DNA of 64,000 nucleotides from Albugo candida (Eukaryota): NCBI GenBank assembly GCA_040437565.1, contig JBDOQK010000010.1, positions 1 to 64,000 of the forward strand, read 5' to 3'. Shown piece by piece: positions 58,985 to 64,000 of this stretch (position 1 is its first letter; each line of letters starts with the position of its first letter). The notes under the pieces were generated by a model. It saw only the letters and a program-made list of their open reading frames with translations, ran no database searches and was not told where the DNA came from. The position numbers and the translations under genes were made by a program.

Positions 58985-61900
58985 CAGCTGCATAGATCAG
59001 CATGTACCCTTCCCCTTACATCTTTTGTAACCTTCCACATTAATTGTATAAATGCTTAGAGATCCAGTTTGACAAAAGCACTCCGATACTGTATAAAATG
59101 ATACACTTTAAATCCATTGGATTCGGCGCTAGAAATGCGCCAATGATCCAATGCTTGGCTGCAGTCACTGGCATTCTCAAACTGTATGGAAAGATGCACA
59201 TTTGACGAAGAGGATGTCATCATCTGCAAAATGCAATCGTTGTGTTCATCTGTCGAGCACTTTGTCGAAGAATTGGAAGAAAAAAACAGAGATAAGTCGA
59301 TCTCGATCACAATCCGCTGCTCCTTTGAGAGTGAATGATTGCTTCGGGACTGATAATAAACGCCCCGGAAACGCTCTTATTCCACACACTCGACAACGAT
59401 ACCAATTTTTTCATTTCGATCGGTGTACCCTTTTGAAAACACTGATGCAACTCCTTTATATTTGAATGTCGAAAAATTACTATGCGATCCAAACCGTCGT
59501 TTCTTTTTGGGTACAAACGTCGATACGCTTTACGCAGAGTGGGAAACACTCGTCGCATTGAATTCAAATCGCATTTGTTTGCGATTGTTTCGATCTGATT
59601 TTCTGACGAATGAGAAAACGTGACGAGATGATAGATGGAGCTCTGAATGATGAGTCATTCACTTGTACGCAGTCACATGTTGGAACGCTTCCATTAACGC
59701 ACACAATGACGTGCTTAGCACTTTGCGATAGAACTTTAGTGAATGTGTGTACTTGTTCGTCGTTAAAAGTTCGAGTGAGCTCAATGCTTTCATTGGACAC
59801 AGAGTGAAGCAAAAGGTTTTCAAATCCCTCACTGGAGAATCGATTGGGTTCAGTATCGATAGGATACGATCGACTGACTCAACGCCGAAATCGCTCATTA
59901 AATGAGACTTGTTGCCGTACTTGCTGACCGTTAGCTGGATTCTCACGAACGCAACGAATGGATTTACGAGCTTCTATCATGTTGAATTCCTTGAGGAGTG
60001 GGCGATCCACACTGATGTTCTTGCAAACGTGCCATAATAAAAGCATCGCGTTGCACGAAAATGCGGATCACTTGTAGTGACCAGCTTCAGAATAGATGTC
60101 CGGATGCAGTTTTGACCTGACATTCCAAGTCCGACGATCTCTTTGATGGGCCATTCTCCATACTCGAACCGTGTATCGAAATGACAGAGTGACTTGGTAC
60201 ATTCTTCTGATGTATGACTGTGGACAAGAAATTCGGACCGAGTCTGATGAGTCAAGTTGGATTGTTTAGAGGAAGCTCCTGCACCAAATGACATTGTTGC
60301 TTACGAGCAATCACTCAACGGCACGATTGAGAACAATCTATCAGACATCCGATTAGCGATACGATGCGGAATTGAAACAAGCGTACGTACAAAAAGCATG
60401 TCGCATTGACCAGAGGCGCGTACTCGATAATCTGGAGAAGCTGAGGCAGAAGAAACGTTGCCAACGCCGTTTAAATACGCTGAGGCGGCGGTTGACATGC
60501 TGGAAACAACTGGCAACCAAGAAGGCTTCAATGTGATGGTCGTAAATAATGCTTCCCAGTCGATACGCCAGTGATGGAAAGTCACCAGGTAGCTTGTTAG
60601 GATGGGCGAGCTGCTCACGCACGGGAGGTGATCTGCATGCTTTGTTCACACAACCGCTATTTCAAGTGCAATAGCTGACATATTCGAAGTGAGTTGCGAC
60701 TGGTGCTCACTGCCTCCGATAGTATTTGTTATTGCTGACGATTTGTGGGATTAACAAAAGAGTGCACGGTAAAATCGCTCACATTTATACGGAAAAAACG
60801 TGTTGTCAGTCCGATAGAATAGTATGACGAAAAATAGTATCTTGTCGAGTTGTACTCATAAATCACTGAAGGCACATATCGATGACGTCAGATTTGTTTA
60901 TAGAGTCGCACACGCATAGCCCTATCATTGCTATTTAGCTTCTATGGGAGCCCTGGATGACTGCGTGCATTCAAACCGATATTACTTTCGAGAATTCGAA
61001 GTCGTCTTTTTAGCGTTTTGGCGGCAAGCGCGATAGAGCTCACTTTCTAATTGACACTCGTCACCGTCACGTAATCCACCTGTATTTGCTATCTTCCCAT
61101 TCACGCATCTGTAAGACGTAATAAAAATTAAGTGGTTGAGCGCGTAAAAATTTCACAACATGGTAGTTACTTCAAATATGCATCCATCTCGTCCACACAT
61201 GGCAAGCTGGCATTCTGACTTTCTCGTCCAGGCTTTTTTTCGTTCATTACAACCAGCTCGGTCGCCAAAAATTGGTGTTTAATACTATCGTCTNNNNNNN
61301 NNNNNNNNNNNNNNNNNNNNNNNNNNNNNNNNNNNNNNNNNNNNNNNNNNNNNNNNNNNNNNNNNNNNNNNNNNNNNNNNNNNNNNNNNNNNNGCCAATT
61401 ATCGCATACTAGAAAAGCATCGATACCATAGTCAGTCATATAAAAATCACCAGACTGAATGTGCATCGAATGTAAGAATTAACTCCTAAAGCTTAATGAA
61501 AGATCCTGTAAATCATGCCCTGTTGATTATAGTATGCACATTGGAACTATTAAAACGCTATCAATAGAAAATGGACATTCCTCATTCATGATCTTTTTAG
61601 ATACGAAAATATTTCTACTAAGCGAATCACCGCGGTGTAATCATTCATACGTTCAATGATACGCTAAACTAGATGTTTGTAAAACCATCATCCTAAGTCA
61701 GAAATCGTCTATTTGCCGTCGTCAAGCCAGATTGCATGTCATTTCACTGTAGCCACCTATATCAATAAACCCGTGTATCTTCCTCACAAAGCGATAAAAT
61801 AAGCGACGACAAAGCTGTTCAGTATTCGTTGAAGTGAAATAAGGTACTGATGTCACAAATTAGGATTCTATAAACGCATACGTCGACACGACAAATATCA

Positions 61901-62492
61901 ATGGCATTATCGGATCCACAAGAACGCGCGCATTATGAATCTGTTCTCATGTCTTTTCGTGAATACGAATCATATTTGCTCCGAGAGATCTTTCGAAGAA
62001 AACGAGCTCTCCAACGTCTCTCAGCGAACCATGCAAAGTTACTTCCAAAACCGAACTCTACGCTGCACAGTCTTCATCGCTTCATCGTATGCCAGGCGAC
62101 CAATACAATTCGAACACTCGTGACCGATAGCTATTCTNNNNNNNNNNNNNNNNNNNNNNNNNNNNNNNNNNNNNNNNNNNNNNNNNNNNNNNNNNNNNNN
62201 NNNNNNNNNNNNNNNNNNNNNNNNNNNNNNNNNNNNNCATACGTTCAATGATACGCTAAACTAGATGTTTGTAAAACCATCATCCTAAGTCAGAAATCGT
62301 CTATTTGCCGTCGTCAAGCCAGATTGCATGTCATTTCACTGTAGCCACCTATATCAATAAACCCGTGTATCTTCCTCACAAAGCGATAAAATAAGCGACG
62401 ACAAAGCTGTTCAGTATTCGTTGAAGTGAAATAAGGTACTGATGTCACAAATTAGGATTCTATAAACGCATACGTCGACACGACAAATATCA

Positions 62493-64000
62493 ATGGCATT
62501 ATCGGATCCACAAGAACGCGCGCATTATGAATCTGTTCTCATGTCTTTTCGTGAATACGAATCATATTTGCTCCGAGAGATCTTTCGAAGAAAACGAGCT
62601 CTCCAACGTCTCTCAGCGAACCATGCAAAGTTACTTCCAAAACCGAACTCTACGCTGCACAGTCTTCATCGCTTCATCGTATGCCAGGCGACCAATACAA
62701 TTCGAACACTCGTGACCGATAGCTATTCTGCTTGATAGAATGCAGCACACGCAAACCAGCTGTTTCTCGAACGAATTGTTCAGGAGCAGTTGCGAAGCGG
62801 TCCAGTAGTTGACTTGCCCACAATCAACCCACGAGCAAACTTACAGAGTCCTCCGCGACATTTATCAAAGTTGAAAAGCACCTTACACCAGTTCGTACGC
62901 GATTGGTCTGCAGAAGTACGATCCCTGACATGGAATTCAAAGGCTATTTTATGCAGTGAGGATGTAGGGAGAAGCAGAGCGTGAGCAGTGCTACAGACCC
63001 ATTCTCGACGAGCTGGAAAAAGTCCTACCTGTCAGCGACAAGAACAGGTTTATGTCAAAATTTAGTCACATCATTACCTAAAGCGTCGATCTATAAGAAA
63101 CAAACAGAAAGTGCTTGTTCCTGGTGCAGGGCTCGGAAGACTGACTTTAGAAATTGCCGCGAAAGGTAAAATTTCTGCCAAGAACTCCATTTGCATATTG
63201 CCTCAGATTAACTGTCGATTAGGCTACGCAACGCAGGGAAATGAGTTTTCGTATCAGATGTTGTTTGCTAGCAATTTCATTCTGAATTGGTGGGCGATAA
63301 TCGATACCTATTGACTCGGCTGCTAATTTTCATATGTGCACTTGTCATATGAAAGCATAAGCAACAAAGAGGAATTCACCATTCACCCATGGATTCATAA
63401 TTCTTCCAATCATCTCAGTGTTGACGATGCATTACGCTCCATCGCTATTCCAGATGTTGTTCCTGGAAGTTTATTCGCTCTCAATCATGGTAAGTGGTAC
63501 CCTCCAAAAACGCAGCCGAGGAAGTAACAACTGCACATTTTCCTAAGATAATGTTCCTGACTTTTCCATGTGCGCTGGCGAATTTCTTGAAGCGTACTCG
63601 AAGGACACAGGTGGAGTCCAGCAATGTGATGGGATAGCAACGAAATCCAACTAACATTTTCTTACGCAGCATGTTGGGACTGCATCGTGACTTGTTTCTT
63701 CATCGATGCTGCTCCCAATGTTATAGAGTACATAGAGGCAATCAGGCGCTTGCTTCGACCTGGAGGAGTGTGGATCAATCTCGGACCGCTATTATATCAC
63801 TGGCAGAGCTTTGGGGATTCGGATGCTAACGATGACCCTCGGTATGCGGAATCGATCGAATTAAGTCACGAAGAGCTTAAAGTTGTCATGAAGCGAGTTG
63901 GATTCACTATCCAGGCAAGATAGTGTATCACTACAAGTCCAAACTAACTCATCAATTTTCTGTAGCGAGAAGAAGTCAAAGAATGCGTGTATACGAGAAA
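62493..64000 (+). CDS. CARNMT1: Carnosine N-methyltransferase (N2227 domain), multi-exon, runs off the window end
   Basis: [39 protein letters not shown]...[21 protein letters not shown]. Confidence 0.92.

Noticed and set aside
59050-60700. Cluster of short overlapping ORFs
   Set aside because: May be a pseudogene or a multi-exon gene, but I could not support any consistent frame, splice model or family motif.
61646-62729. Duplicated CARNMT1 first exon
   Set aside because: Identical overlap either side of a gap.

Overview
Eukaryotic draft-assembly window with many ~100-N gaps, most likely an oomycete of the genus Albugo (inferred from a CHxC/CCG-type effector, Kazal-like inhibitors, oomycete INR-FPR promoter motifs, ~60-bp introns and a flagellar SHIPPO-repeat gene). 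Gene-dense blocks (9.5-31.2 kb, 38.5-45.2 kb, 62.5 kb to the end) hold ABCE1, RRP1/NOP52, a Tudor+TFIIS-N protein, a DEAD-box helicase, an SDR-like protein, a SHIPPO/ODF3-like protein, PP1 inhibitor-2, Aurora kinase, MUS81, Pescadillo, DIS3 and CARNMT1. They alternate with repeat-rich blocks containing L1/Tx1-like non-LTR fragments, three copies of a tRNA-derived SINE, three decayed Mutator (MULE) elements, a MITE-like element, a copia relic and secreted candidate effectors. Most notable are a fragmented CHxC effector gene carrying a 122-bp near-perfect internal inverted duplication, a traceable birth-and-death duplication unit that amplified a Kazal-like inhibitor, a secreted pepsin-fold protein without catalytic motifs, and a poly(A)-less non-LTR family with a 16-bp target-site duplication. 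Several apparent duplications flank gaps and are treated as assembly artefacts. All calls are by-eye motif recognition; no searches were run.
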